Source: Callorhinchus milii (lineage: Eukaryota). Taken from it: 64,000 nucleotides of DNA. The position numbers were made by a program, and so were the translations under genes. This document shows, piece by piece, positions 1-11,709 of this stretch. The stretch lies in assembly GCF_018977255.1 (NCBI RefSeq), contig NW_024704742.1, forward strand, positions 52,020,001-52,084,000. Reading direction: 5' to 3'. The notes beneath the pieces are model-generated. The model did no database searches. It saw nothing but the letters and a program-made list of their open reading frames with translations, and was not told where the DNA came from. Every line of letters starts with the position of its first letter. Within the stretch, counting starts at the first letter, position 1.

Positions 1-839
1 GCGCTGAGTTCTTGCAGGTTGTAGTGATGTACATGGGTTCCCTGGAGCAGATACACTTTACATCCCAAGGCACCATTTATGCTGTGGTTTTCCTGAACAG
101 GACTTTTTTCCAAGCCATATGAAATTAATCTTTCTTTTTCCTGGATATTGTGTCCAAGAAACTGTGTAGAATCATTTGTCCCTGATTTTATTTGCCTCTT
201 ATTTTGCTCTAAAAATACTAATTTTGTACAACTTGAATCTGAAACTGAAAGCTTGCAGGTTTTCCTGAACCTTGAAAGACATCATCAATCTACATAATGA
301 GATTTACAAGTCTTGCTGTAATGCTAAAACAGGATGTTAAAAGTTCTTAAATGCATACGGCTGGGGGAAATGACTGAGGCAGTTTGAAGTGTTTTTTTCA
401 ATATATACACCTGGGCTTCAAACATCACTGTGTTTCAAAATTGTCCATGGAGCACTCCACTAAACACTATATATCCTATCCCTTTGCCACCTGAAATCAT
501 GTTGCTTTTGTATCTTGATGCACAGTCACACTTATTAGAAGTCAGTTGTGATACAAACAATATACTTTGAAATATAGTAATAATCCTTGCATTTGATATC
601 TTGGGACTAATACCCAAGTTTAACCAGCCTGTCCTCATACCTAAACTCCTGCGTCTCAGGAATCTTTCTGGTGAATCATCCAATGCCAGTTTCTGAAGTG
701 GTGTGCCCACGCTGAACAGCCCATTCATTAACCCTACCTTCACCGATCAAGGGAAAGCCACCTTAAAATGGATTACACTAACCAACTCAATCTTACATTG
801 TTTCCAGTAATCCCATAAAAACATTGCTGTTTAAAAGCG

Positions 840-1055
840 GGAAGAGTATGTGTGGAAGTCGCTGTCTGAAGTGGTAGTTGAATCAGTGCAGATGCATTCA
901 AGAGGAAGCTAGACCTTCATATGAGGGAGATGGGAATAGAATGGTATGGGAGGAAGTAAGGAAAGGATAAACACTTGTGTGCAGTATAAACACCAGAACG
1001 AATTGGTTGGGTCGAGCAGCCTGTTTCCATGCTATGCATTCTTTGTAATCTTTCT
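840..1055 (+). mobile_element. CR1-type LINE 3' end
   Basis: tggaagtcgctg...gcattcaagaggaagctagac (WxxL...AFKRKLD) and a 3' UTR ending ttgggtcgagcagcctgtttccatgct. Confidence 0.7.
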
Positions 1056-1404
1056 TTGTTATGTCTAGCCCAGAGGTGAAGATTGGAATGCAGAATTGCA
1101 CTGTGACACAATATAGTTGAACTGATCTGGTCAAAGCAATGGTGCTCTCCAGCATCCATCCTTTAATTACTGTATTCTATCAACATGGATTGCAAGTCAC
1201 TACCCCAGTAATGCATTCCTAAGGAGAATGATCTTACCTAACAGGTGCCACACAAACATTTTAGATGCAAAATTATCCACAACCAAAAATTAAAACCCAA
1301 GTCTATTGCATTCCAACTAAAATCACAATCTTTACATTTATTTTTTTTAAAAATCGCTAGATCATATTACACTAGCAACTACTTTTATGTCATTTTATTA
1401 CAAG

Positions 1405-1826
1405 AATATAACCCTTGCATTTGTCATAGTGCCGTACCACATTGTCGTGATGTCTCAAAGCTTTTCACAGAATATACTGTAAAGTGGTGTGACTGTGCTT
1501 ATTTTGTGGGCAGATGTGGCAGCCAAAATGCACACAGTGATGTTCCACAAATGACCATGGAGAGAATGACCAATTTTATTTGAATTTTTGTGGGACAGAA
1601 CACTTTGAATAGTGCCATGAGATCTTCAGCATCCACCTGGACAGGCACACTGGACCTCGGTTTAACATCTCATCTGAAGGACAGCATCTCTGACAATGCA
1701 GCACACGCCCAGCATTACATTGGAGTGACATCATTGTCTATGTGGTTCTGAGTCCCGATGTGGGGTTTGGACCCACAACCTTCTGACTCAGAGACAAGTG
1801 TGCTACCAACTGAGCCAGGCTGACAC
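1405..1826 (-). mobile_element. Deu-domain SINE (SacSINE1/AmnSINE1-like core, tRNA-like head)
   Basis: Antisense of ...gtccttcagatgagatgttaaaccgagg...caggtggatgctgaagatctcatggcactatt...; head gtgtcagcctggctcagttggtagcac. Confidence 0.85.
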
Positions 1827-2629
1827 ATTTATAAAGGGATTTGACAGGCTGAATTTGACAAGAAGCAAGCAACTGCTTCCTCTGGCAAGAGAATTGAGGA
1901 CTAGAAGTCATAATCTTAAATTTGAGGTTTTAAATTATACGACTTACATTCTCATACTTTTTTGAATAAAATATTAAAACTAACAAATGAACATTTGTCC
2001 CTTCAGGTAAAGGAAGTGTTTTGTGATACTTTTAATGCTCTTAATCTATTCATTGGTTAAAAAATATGTATGATATCCACTAAATAATGCAGATGGATTA
2101 TGTAATATCTAGGTGGGATGGAATTAATAAAACAATCTACAAAAATAGCTCCCTGTACACTCACTGCCAACTGCCAGTGCTCATCTTAGATTAGATAAAC
2201 ATCTGCTCTGTGCAGTTTTTTTGATCTATCCAGTTTACCAGATAAATTCTGTCCCAGGGAAACAAATTCACTAGAGTGCTTTATATAAAGATTACTAAAC
2301 AATACTAAACGTACACAAGCAATGTTATGACTTAGTTATTCCACACATCCACATTCTTGTTGATGTATTATTTAACTCTTGCCCATTATTTAACTTGGCT
2401 TACTGAGTAGAAATGAACAAAATAACATTAGGGTTGTTGGCATCTTTTACTTGAACAACCTACAACAATTGCTCTTGTTCCATCTGCTTGCCTGTCAGGC
2501 ATCAAGGCCTTGATGAGCCTCAATTAATAATAATCCTTGCATTTGGTATTGCACCTTCCACTTTGGGAGGACAAGCCAAAGAGCTTCACAGGATTTTCTG
2601 TAAAGTGGGAATGCAAGAAGACTGTATTC

Positions 2630-3392
2630 TTGCGGGTAACATGAACAAGACAGAAGTCATCTTCCTTAGCGTCTGCCAATGTCTCCTCACTTTAAGCTCT
2701 GAGTTGCTCAACCTCCCTGGACTCTTTCAAACTTGCCGAACTAGTGCTCAACTTTGGCGCCCAATACTATTGACAGCTGATCTTCTTTCCTCACATTCAC
2801 TTCGTAAACAAGACTGCTTTCTTCATCTCCGCCATATTGTCACCTCCATCCCTATCTCACCACAAACGTTGCCAAAGCTCTTATTTTCACTTGTTTTAGT
2901 CCCCACCTCGACTTTTCAAATACACTCCTTGTTAGTTTCACTATCCCTAAATTCCAGCTATTCCAAAGCTCTGCCAGGCATCTCCTCACCTGCATCAAAC
3001 TCCACTCACCCATCACCCAGGCTCCATTGACTGCCTATCTCCTAATGGATTAATTTCATCCGTAAATCCCTTCACATTGTAGCACCTCCTTCTCTCTGTG
3101 GTTTTCTCCAATCCAACTACTCTGCTTGCCCCCTCCACTCAACTAACTCATGCTTTGTTGTGCCTCCCTGCCACTATCAAGCCTTCCACTGCTATACCCC
3201 TAACCTCTGGGACTCTCTCCCCCAACCAATCTCTGTCTTGAAATCCTGCTTAAAATCCTACTCCTTTGTCAAAGGTTACGGTCATCTGCCCCTTCCCTTT
3301 TCATACTCCTTTGCTTGGCGTCAAACCCCATCATTGAAAAGTGCACCAACACATTATACTCCACGAAAGATGCTATATAATTACAAATTGTT
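2630..3392 (+). mobile_element. Old L2 LINE 3' fragment
   Basis: NMNKTEVIFL, FLHLRHI and PNLWDSLP motifs; decayed tail. Confidence 0.8.
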
Positions 3393-3439
3393 CAAAAGGA
3401 GAATCTTTGCGAAAAAAAACAGAGATGATGATCAGATTT

Positions 3440-3694
3440 GATAATAATCCTTGCATTTGAAATAGCGCCTTATCACATCACTGAGACGTCTCAAAGCGCT
3501 TCACAGAATATACTGCATTTATTACCCCTGGAAAGCACCAATCGACTAACAACCGGATTCCTATTTACTGGTAGGTAAACAGCAGCATGTGGAATAAGGA
3601 AACTTGTGTAACGTTTCATCCCACTTGGGAATCAAACCAGGGTTCTCTCGCTTGCAAGGCGAGTGCACTAACCACTACGCCTCGTGACTCCACT
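3440..3694 (-). mobile_element. tRNA-Ala-headed SINE, long form with internal deletion
   Basis: (aat)n tail and antisense tRNA-like head. Confidence 0.85.
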
Positions 3695-4219
3695 CCTGAT
3701 TTCAGGTTACTTCATGGGCAACTGTTGCCTTCGACAATGAAGTACAGTACAATTCTTTAGTATTTTGTACATTAAATCACAAACTAAAATTACACTGACA
3801 GTTCATATTATGTGTAATTACATTGTGAAAAAATACCAGCTCCTGAAGTGGCCTTAAGTGGCCCTGGCCAGGAGACTCAGGTTACCATTATGACTTCTAG
3901 TGGCTGAATTCCCACTGGATTCATCTGATCAAAGACACATCTGCCAGAAATTTGCCAACAGTCAGTGGAAGGTTAAGAACTTTTCCAGCCTGGGGCCAAA
4001 TCCATTTGTGGAGTTCTTTATGAATGCTCAGAAGTTGACTAATACAAATGAGAGTGAAAATAAAATTCCTTTAATCAAAGAAAGAAACACTGTAAAAACA
4101 CAAGAATTAATTTTACAAATTGATGACATGACTAATAATTGGTGGTTGCTGCACTTCACTGCAGTCATGAAGATAACCTGTTACCAGCTGCAGAGTGGCA
4201 GTAGCTCTTGACACAAGAG

Positions 4220-4432
4220 CTCGCTACCCCAAAGGTCTGTTGACGCTCAGTCCTTGAACATATTCAAGACTGAGATAGATATGTTTCTTATTGCAAAAGG
4301 GAGTAAGGGACATGGGGATAAGGCAGGGATATGGTATTAGCTGAAGTTAGATTAGAAGATCAGCCATGATTGAATGGCGGGGCAGGCTCGAAGGGCCGAA
4401 TGGCCTACTCCTGCTCCTCCTATATGTTATGT
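4220..4432 (+). mobile_element. CR1-type (HER1-like) LINE 3' end
   Basis: ttcaagactgagatagat (FKTEID) and terminal gaagggccgaatggcctactcctgctcct followed by (tatgt)n. Confidence 0.85.
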
Positions 4433-4689
4433 TAAGAGACCGGCAATATTTGGGACAGAATTTAAATTATGATTCACAAAACAAAAGCCTAAGACACCAA
4501 GTAAATGTGAACAAGTTCATTTAAATGCTTATTGTGATAGTGTATTTGGTAGCATTTTGTCTGTTTTGTTGATATAAGACCTTAGCAATCACTGCACCAT
4601 TCAGATCTCCTAGACATCAGGTGTACGTGGGCTCTCCTTGGCGCTGAACCTGCGATGGAGTCTTGGTAGTCCAGTTCTTGAGTTAGGCA

Positions 4690-5170
4690 GATCTGTGTTT
4701 ATGACAGACCAGGCACCTTATCTTGTCAACAGGACTAGGAGAGGGAAACAAGTCACTGTGGGCAAGGATTCTTCCGAATCAACTTCTGTTAGCCAAGCGA
4801 AAACCTTAATGCATGATCTACCAGGGTGATCCTAGTGGACAATCAGCAAGCTTGCCGGACAGTGCTCAAAATGGCAAGCTGGTTAAACTCTAGGAGTACC
4901 ACAATGCACATTCTGGGGTCCCCAAGCCTTTTGGGCTTGCCAACCTTCACCTAATATGTTGTGGAATTAGCTAAGCGGAGTGCTTTCCTACAGAAAGAGA
5001 GTACACATTCCAATCCAAAGGGAAATGTCCTTGTATCAGTGCATATCTGAAACTCTCAGTCTAGGTGTTCTTAAGCGTAGGATGGGTTTCTGAGAGTATC
5101 AGATGGCCAAAACAAGGAGCTGAGAGGTAACTAGAAAGGAATGTGGCTGTAGCACCTGGTTGACAGGGCA
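4690..5170 (+). repeat. Unclassified ~500-bp interspersed repeat, copy 1
   Basis: Colinear motifs shared with 18240-18700(-), 21055-21300(-), 28344-28788(+) and 55110-55205(-). Confidence 0.7.
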
Positions 5171-5797
5171 ATCCAACAGAAGGCACTTTCAGTGAAGGTA
5201 CTCCCAACAATCCTCACAAAATATGCAATATGCACAAAATTGTTTGTATTTTTACAATATTATAAACAGCACACTCACTGCCTTTGCCAGGAAAGACAAG
5301 GAAAATTGTGAAATTTACAACAATTACTCTCAGCTTAATAAACCCTTTAGTTAATTGAACAGCTGATACATTAGATAATGCATTTAACAAATCCCCCAAA
5401 TAAAAATAAAATGGTCACTTACTCCATTGCTGTTTGTGGTATATTGCTGTGCACATACAGGCTGCCACATTTTGCTCACAAAATACACAGTCAATCCACT
5501 TTGCAATATATCCTGTGAAGCGCTTTGAGACATCTTGACAACATGATAAGGAGCTATATCAAATGCAAAGGTTACTATTTATTATTATTATTGCTCAATG
5601 ATGCTGACACCTCCATGATTTTGAACATGGAGCTGGCAGCAAGACATCGTAAAGAGTGGTTTAACGTCACTTGCGTTATGTAACTGCAGCCAGCAGAGTC
5701 TCTGCCAGCTTCAATGCATAGTGAATGTATGTTAAATTATAGGTCCTGTTGTAGGACTTCGCAACCTTTTAGAAATGTAAGTTTTTTTAAGCCAGCA

Positions 5798-6325
5798 TGA
5801 CAGCTTGGCTCAGTGTTAACACTCTCGCCCCTGAGTTAGAAGGTTGTACACTCAAATGCCACTTCAGGACTTGGAATGACATAATCTGGCACTCCAATGC
5901 ATTGCTGGGGTGGGGGGGTTGGCTGTTGGAGGTACTGTCTTTCAGATGAGACATTAAACCAAGGTCTGGTCCTGCTGTTCAGGTGTACGTTAAAGATCTC
6001 ATGACACTATTCGAAAAGAGAAGGGAACTTTTCCAGGTGTCATGGCCAAGAAATCCCCCAAGTAAAAAAATTGGGCACTCACTTTGTGGCTGTTTGTGGG
6101 ACACTACCGTGCGCAAATTGGCTGCCACATTTCGCCCACAAAGTACAGTTAATTCACTTTACAGTATATAATAATAATCCTTGCATTTGATTTAGAGCCT
6201 TATCACGTCATTGAGATTATATCTATATAATTATAGTAAATATTATATCTTGTGAAGCACTCTGAGACTTCCCGATGATGTGATAAAGCGCTATATATCA
6301 AATGCAAGGATTATTCTTATTTATT
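5798..6325 (+). mobile_element. Deu-domain SINE, tail interrupted by an antisense SINE tail
   Basis: Head, Deu core (ctttcagatgagacattaaaccaagg...aaagatctcatgacactattcgaa), 3' region and tail. Confidence 0.85.
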
Positions 6326-7939
6326 ATTCAAGCAATGATCCTGGTAAACTCCTCTCTGGCTGGTGCTTTGATGATCTGAGGATGTGACAAAAAACATTGA
6401 ATCGTTATAAATTATTGAAAGCTAATGGGACATGATGCACCAGTGATGCAGAACTTTCAACATGTTCGCCACACAATGTCACTGCTACCTGGACCTTGAC
6501 TGGAAGTGCTCCGTGGAAGAGAGCACCAGGTGTGAGCAATACACCATTTTACAGCAAAGTCAAGCATTTCACTCTTCATTTATCCAGATTGCAAGTACAA
6601 ACACATTCATAATGTTTTCGTTCCAAAACGAGGAGTCGTATCCTCTGCCACAGGGGTCTGCTCTCAAATATGATCAAATATGATATGATCCCTCATGATT
6701 GGTAAACTATATAAAACTAAGCTTGACATCAACCTATATTTTTTGAAGTATAAAGATCAAGCAAATATAATTACACTTTGCATTATTGCATACTCTTTCT
6801 TTTCTTCTCTAGTTGTTCAAAAGAGTCTTAAAAATACAGTATAACTAAATAAGTATTACATATCCATGTACTTAAGTGCTCTGAGACGCTACCCTGCGTG
6901 GAGGGTGCGATACAAGTGCAAGTTGTTGTTGTTGTACTTGCTTGTTTCAGCCAAGTGTTTTCCAGTTAGTAAGCAGCAACTAAATATTTACTAATATCCC
7001 CCAAAACAGAATTAGCATTTCACAAATCCTCTCCATCATGCTCCTTTTACAAATAGTTAAAAATTGCAAGGATGATTATTATTATTTCCTGACCGTCCAG
7101 CGCCTTGGGACATCGTCTCGATGTGAAAGGCGTCACACAAATGTAATTTGCTGTTATTATTTGCATTTAGTAGAGGTCAGCTATAACGTGTTGGCTGGGA
7201 AAAGTGTGGAACAGATTTGCAAATTGGTGTTAAAAAGCCAATTAAGCTGGTTATTTGATGGTCATTTAACCAGTCTCTAATGAATCTTCATCATCACATG
7301 CCAGGTTTTAATTCAAATCTAAAGTGAGATGGGCTTTCCCAATTCTGAATGCAGCTTAAAAGGCACATTCCAATTGCAGAGTAAGGAGTTCTACAGGCGA
7401 TGTGCAAAACCAACAAAACAAGCTGTTAACACTGTGGACAGTAAAAATCCCAGCTCTTGATATTTTATGTTGGAAGCCAATTCACACTTTAGTGCCTAAT
7501 GACATCTCTGCTGCAATTTCCCACCTGTCACATTTGTTCTGTGATAGTAAAGCATGTTTATGATGGTATGAAGTGGGCCACTGATGAGAGCCCAGACTGG
7601 GACAGCATGAATTGCTGACACTATTTACAGTTGAAGCAACATTTACCCATCAACAACATTAATCAAATATGGCTTATCTGTGAACTTCATACAAACAGCA
7701 TTTTACGTTTGAGACTCACTACGTTTTACAGATATTTACGCAGCTATGTGGGCTAGCAGAGTATAGTACTGTTACCTCAAGCATCGAATCATACCATTGC
7801 TGTGCGCAATTGGCTGCCGCGTTCGCCCACAAATATACAGTCAATTCACTTTACAGTGTGTTCTGTGAAGTGCTTTGGGACGTCCTCCCGACGTGAAAAG
7901 CGCTATATCAAATGCAAGGATTATTATTATTATTATTAT

Positions 7940-8340
7940 TGTCAGTGCCTGACTCACAACAGCACGTGTCCCTGAGTCAGACAATATGGGTTCAAGGTCT
8001 ATGACGGGGCTTTGAACTCAAGCTAACACTTCAGTGCCAATCTGCAATGTGCTGCATTGCTTGAGGTGCCGTCCTTCAGATGAGATGTTAAATTGAGGTC
8101 TTGTCTGCCTGTTCAGGTGGATGTTAAAGATCCCACAGCACTATTCGAAAGAGAAGCGAGTTTCTCCTGGTGTCTGGCCAACAAGCCCCCAAATAAAATT
8201 GATCATTCACTTCACGGCTGTTTGTGGGTTAGTGGTGTGTGTAAATTGGCCACCATTTGCCTACACACAGTCACTACACTTCACAGTGAAATTCTGTGAA
8301 GTGCTTTGAGATATCGACAACATGATAAAGCATTTTATCT
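7940..8340 (+). mobile_element. Deu-domain SINE
   Basis: gaggtgccgtccttcagatgagatgttaaattgagg...ggtggatgttaaagatcccacagcactattcgaa. Confidence 0.85.
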
Positions 8341-9299
8341 TGACATTGTTGCAACACACCCTGGGAAATGTAGCTAAAATCATGGTCATGAGGCACAACG
8401 TGGCTCCCAAATGGGATTTTTCTTTGAAGAATGATGCTGAACTGAGGAGTGTGTGGTGATGATGGGAATTAGAAGTCTGCAGCTGTGCAGGATGAAGTAC
8501 AGCAGGGAGGGCTGGTTCTCCGCCAGGAACTGATTGATAACTTTTCTAATTGACTGCTTCATTTCAGCAGCTTTAAACTTTCTAATAAAATTCAGATTTT
8601 GATCAGCTTAGAACCTTTTAAACATTATCTGCATCTGCGCTATGTTTGTGCTATCAATTACCTTGATGGTCTTTTGTTAAGAAAGTAATATCTATTCACA
8701 TTTTTGCAGATATGTATTACGAGCCTAGGTGGATATCTAAGACTTCTTATATAAGGATAAGAATAATTTTTCCATTTGATATAGTGCCTTATCACGCCGT
8801 TGAGACGTCTCAAAGTGCTTCACAGAATATACTGTAAAACTGACCATAGATTTTGTGGACAAAATGCGGCAGCCAATTGCACACAGCAGTGTCCCACAAA
8901 CAGCTGTGTGTTGAATGATCAAATTATTATTATTTTTTAAAAGGGATTATTACCACCAGAAAAGCAATCCACAATCACAGAGACGTTCACATAAAAATGA
9001 CTCTTAAGCACTTGGAAACATAGAAATGCTGTATGGTGGTGGACACCAATCAGAGACGTGAGAGATTTAAAAATGTTGACCTAACTGAAGAGATATAATT
9101 TTAGGATATATTTATAAGATACGGTTTCAGTATATGTTATTAGGTCACTTACCCTTGTACTGTTCTACTGAATTGTTATGTGGTAGTATACTATCTTTAC
9201 TTTTATCCCTAAAATGCCCTATCGTGTTCTACCATTTTGTTGCATCCTAAAGTATTGTTCTGGATTTACTTTTCAATTATATTTAAAATTTTATATACT

Positions 9300-9620
9300 T
9301 CTATAAAGTCCCTCTGAGACATCTGGTTTGAAGACTGAAGAACCCTAGATTGTCTAATCGTTGCTCAGAGCTCAATTGTTACTCATAGCTCAACAACTAC
9401 AACAAGATTACTATCCTTCCTCACTATCCTTCCTCATGTCATATGTCATTGGTGATTTTAGTAGTGCACTCCTGCCCAAGCACTAGACTACCTTTCAATG
9501 AGATGTGGATTTTAGTCAACACTTCTTGGTGTGCATCTCCTGAACTGTTCTTAAGGGTTTGGAATATTATTTAAACGTATTAACGTGCATTAAGATATAG
9601 CTTATTGATGCTCCGGCACT
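9300..9620 (-). mobile_element. Decayed CR1 ORF2 fragment
   Basis: Antisense similarity to the 15455-15670 fragment (agtccctctgagacatct...gaagactgaagaaccctag). Confidence 0.5.
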
Positions 9621-11336
9621 AGCCACAAATACTTTTTACAACAACAAAAAGAAAAAAACTTGTACTTTAAACCGATTCCTAAAGTTCACAGTCATGTATC
9701 AATTTTGTTATTTGCTGTTTAATTAGTCCATTTGAAATTTTCACACCTTGCCTATTATTTACAAAGAACATAATAATATCTGGATAACATAACTTTATAT
9801 TGACTCACTAACAAATTTAGGGTTACTTTCGTTGCCACGCTACCCATTTGTCAGATTTAAAGTCAATTTCTATTGCATTATTACACTCATACATTTTCAG
9901 GACTTTGAAATTCACCCCTTCATGGAGTAAATTTAACAAATGGTAAGTGGCAATATCTGTTTCAAAATGCTTTCTGCATGCACTAATGCAAAACAGTACA
10001 AGCAGTAAAAATAAACCATAAACTTACACACAGCAACTGCTCTATGTCCAAACCTTGGTACCTTCTAACTTACCACATGTCAAGCAACAGCAAATTCATC
10101 TAAATCTGCCATCACCTCTATTATTGGTTGAATGTGAATAGCAATTCACCTTCAATTATTTTATTATTGGCAATAGAAGGAAAGAATACCACATGCCAGC
10201 ATGCACTCCATCTGATACAAGAACAATGGGAGCATGAGTATGCAGGAAAGCTGCATTTTATCCCCATGCAAACAAAATGAGTTTCACATATATTGTACAA
10301 ACATATTTTCATATATATATTTTCAACATATCAGCAGCAAGTCTTCATACACTGCTTTCCTGCCCGTAGAACTTTTGCCCTGACAATAAGCTTTTTTTTA
10401 TAATGTAGTGTGTAGAAGCTGCAGCAAATTTTATTTTCCTCGCTTATAATGCCGAGTTTAGCATAATATGCTGACCCATGATTGTTAGGCCTCTTAGGTA
10501 TTGAGTCCAGGCTTGCCTTTGGCAGGCGGACAAAATTCTTCAGGTCTTTCTGTACTCTTAGGGTTATTTCCATGAGACCTTCTACTCATTACAGTTAGAG
10601 TAATTACCCCCAGTTGTTATGTACACAAAAAGACTTTCCAAAAAATCTGCTCAGTGTATTGCTCAGTAAAATCACAAATTAAACAGCAACTGGAAGAATT
10701 CAGCAAATGTATTTATTTGCACCTTGAAGAGTCGTGTGTTACTCGTATTTGAGCTTACAGAAACTGTTCTGTGGCGCATTGTGCACATTAGACACTCCAG
10801 TGCTTGCTCTTACTGCTCAAAATAATAAACCACAACAAAAACAATCTGTCCTTGCCTGCTGCCCAGGTGACAATGTTTCTTCCCATAACAAACCTCAGTA
10901 CAGCACAACTTCAGGAATTGTGCAAGGGTAAAGACGAAGATCACTACACTTGACAATAATTCCTGCAAAGTGCTTTGAGATGTTTCGACATGATAAGGCA
11001 CTTTAACAATGCAAATTGTTTTTTATTGGGTGTAAAGGTTTGCAGATGATTAATTGTCAGAGTTGAGGCAATGAATTACCTTGCTCCATTAAAGTGAAAT
11101 GAAAATCATAGTTTCCCATTATGCTTAAGTCTTTTTGACAAGATAGACAATTGAGGCACTATTAGTCATTTGCAGTTGAAAAACAATTTTTGTCATTGCT
11201 GAGAATTTGGTTTATTAAAGATAACTTAGTTGGCCATTCAATTAAGAAACAAGAATGTTTGAAAGCAAAGTCTTTGAATAGTAAATGTGAGTTTAATTTT
11301 CAGGCTACAGTGTTGCTGTAGATATTCGAGGTTTGT

Positions 11337-11709
11337 AATAATAATAATCCTTGTATTTGATATAGCGCCTTATGACTTCTTCAAGACGTCTCCAAACTCT
11401 TTACAGAATATACTGTGAAGTGAATTGACTATATTTTGTGGGCGAAACTCAGCAGCCAATTGTGCATAGCAGTGTCCCACAAACAGTCATGCATTGAGTG
11501 ACCAATTTATTATAATTATTTTTTTAAGGAATTATTACCCACTCCCAACCAATCAATCCACCAATCGACTAACAACCAAATTCCTACTTACTGGTAAGTA
11601 AACAGAGGCATGTGGAACAAAGAAACTTGCCCAACGTTTCGCCTGCCGGGAATCGATCCCAGGTCTCTTGCTTGCGAGGCGAGTGTTCTAACCACTGAGC
11701 TGCAGGACT
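11337..11709 (-). mobile_element. tRNA-Ala-headed SINE, full-length long form
   Basis: Head gtcctgcagctcagtggttagaacactcgcctcgcaagcaagagacctgggatcgattccc; L2-like tail. Confidence 0.92.

Noticed and set aside
435..743. 102-aa minus-strand ORF
   Set aside because: Runs through a SINE tail (ISNARII is the tail translation); no family or splice support.
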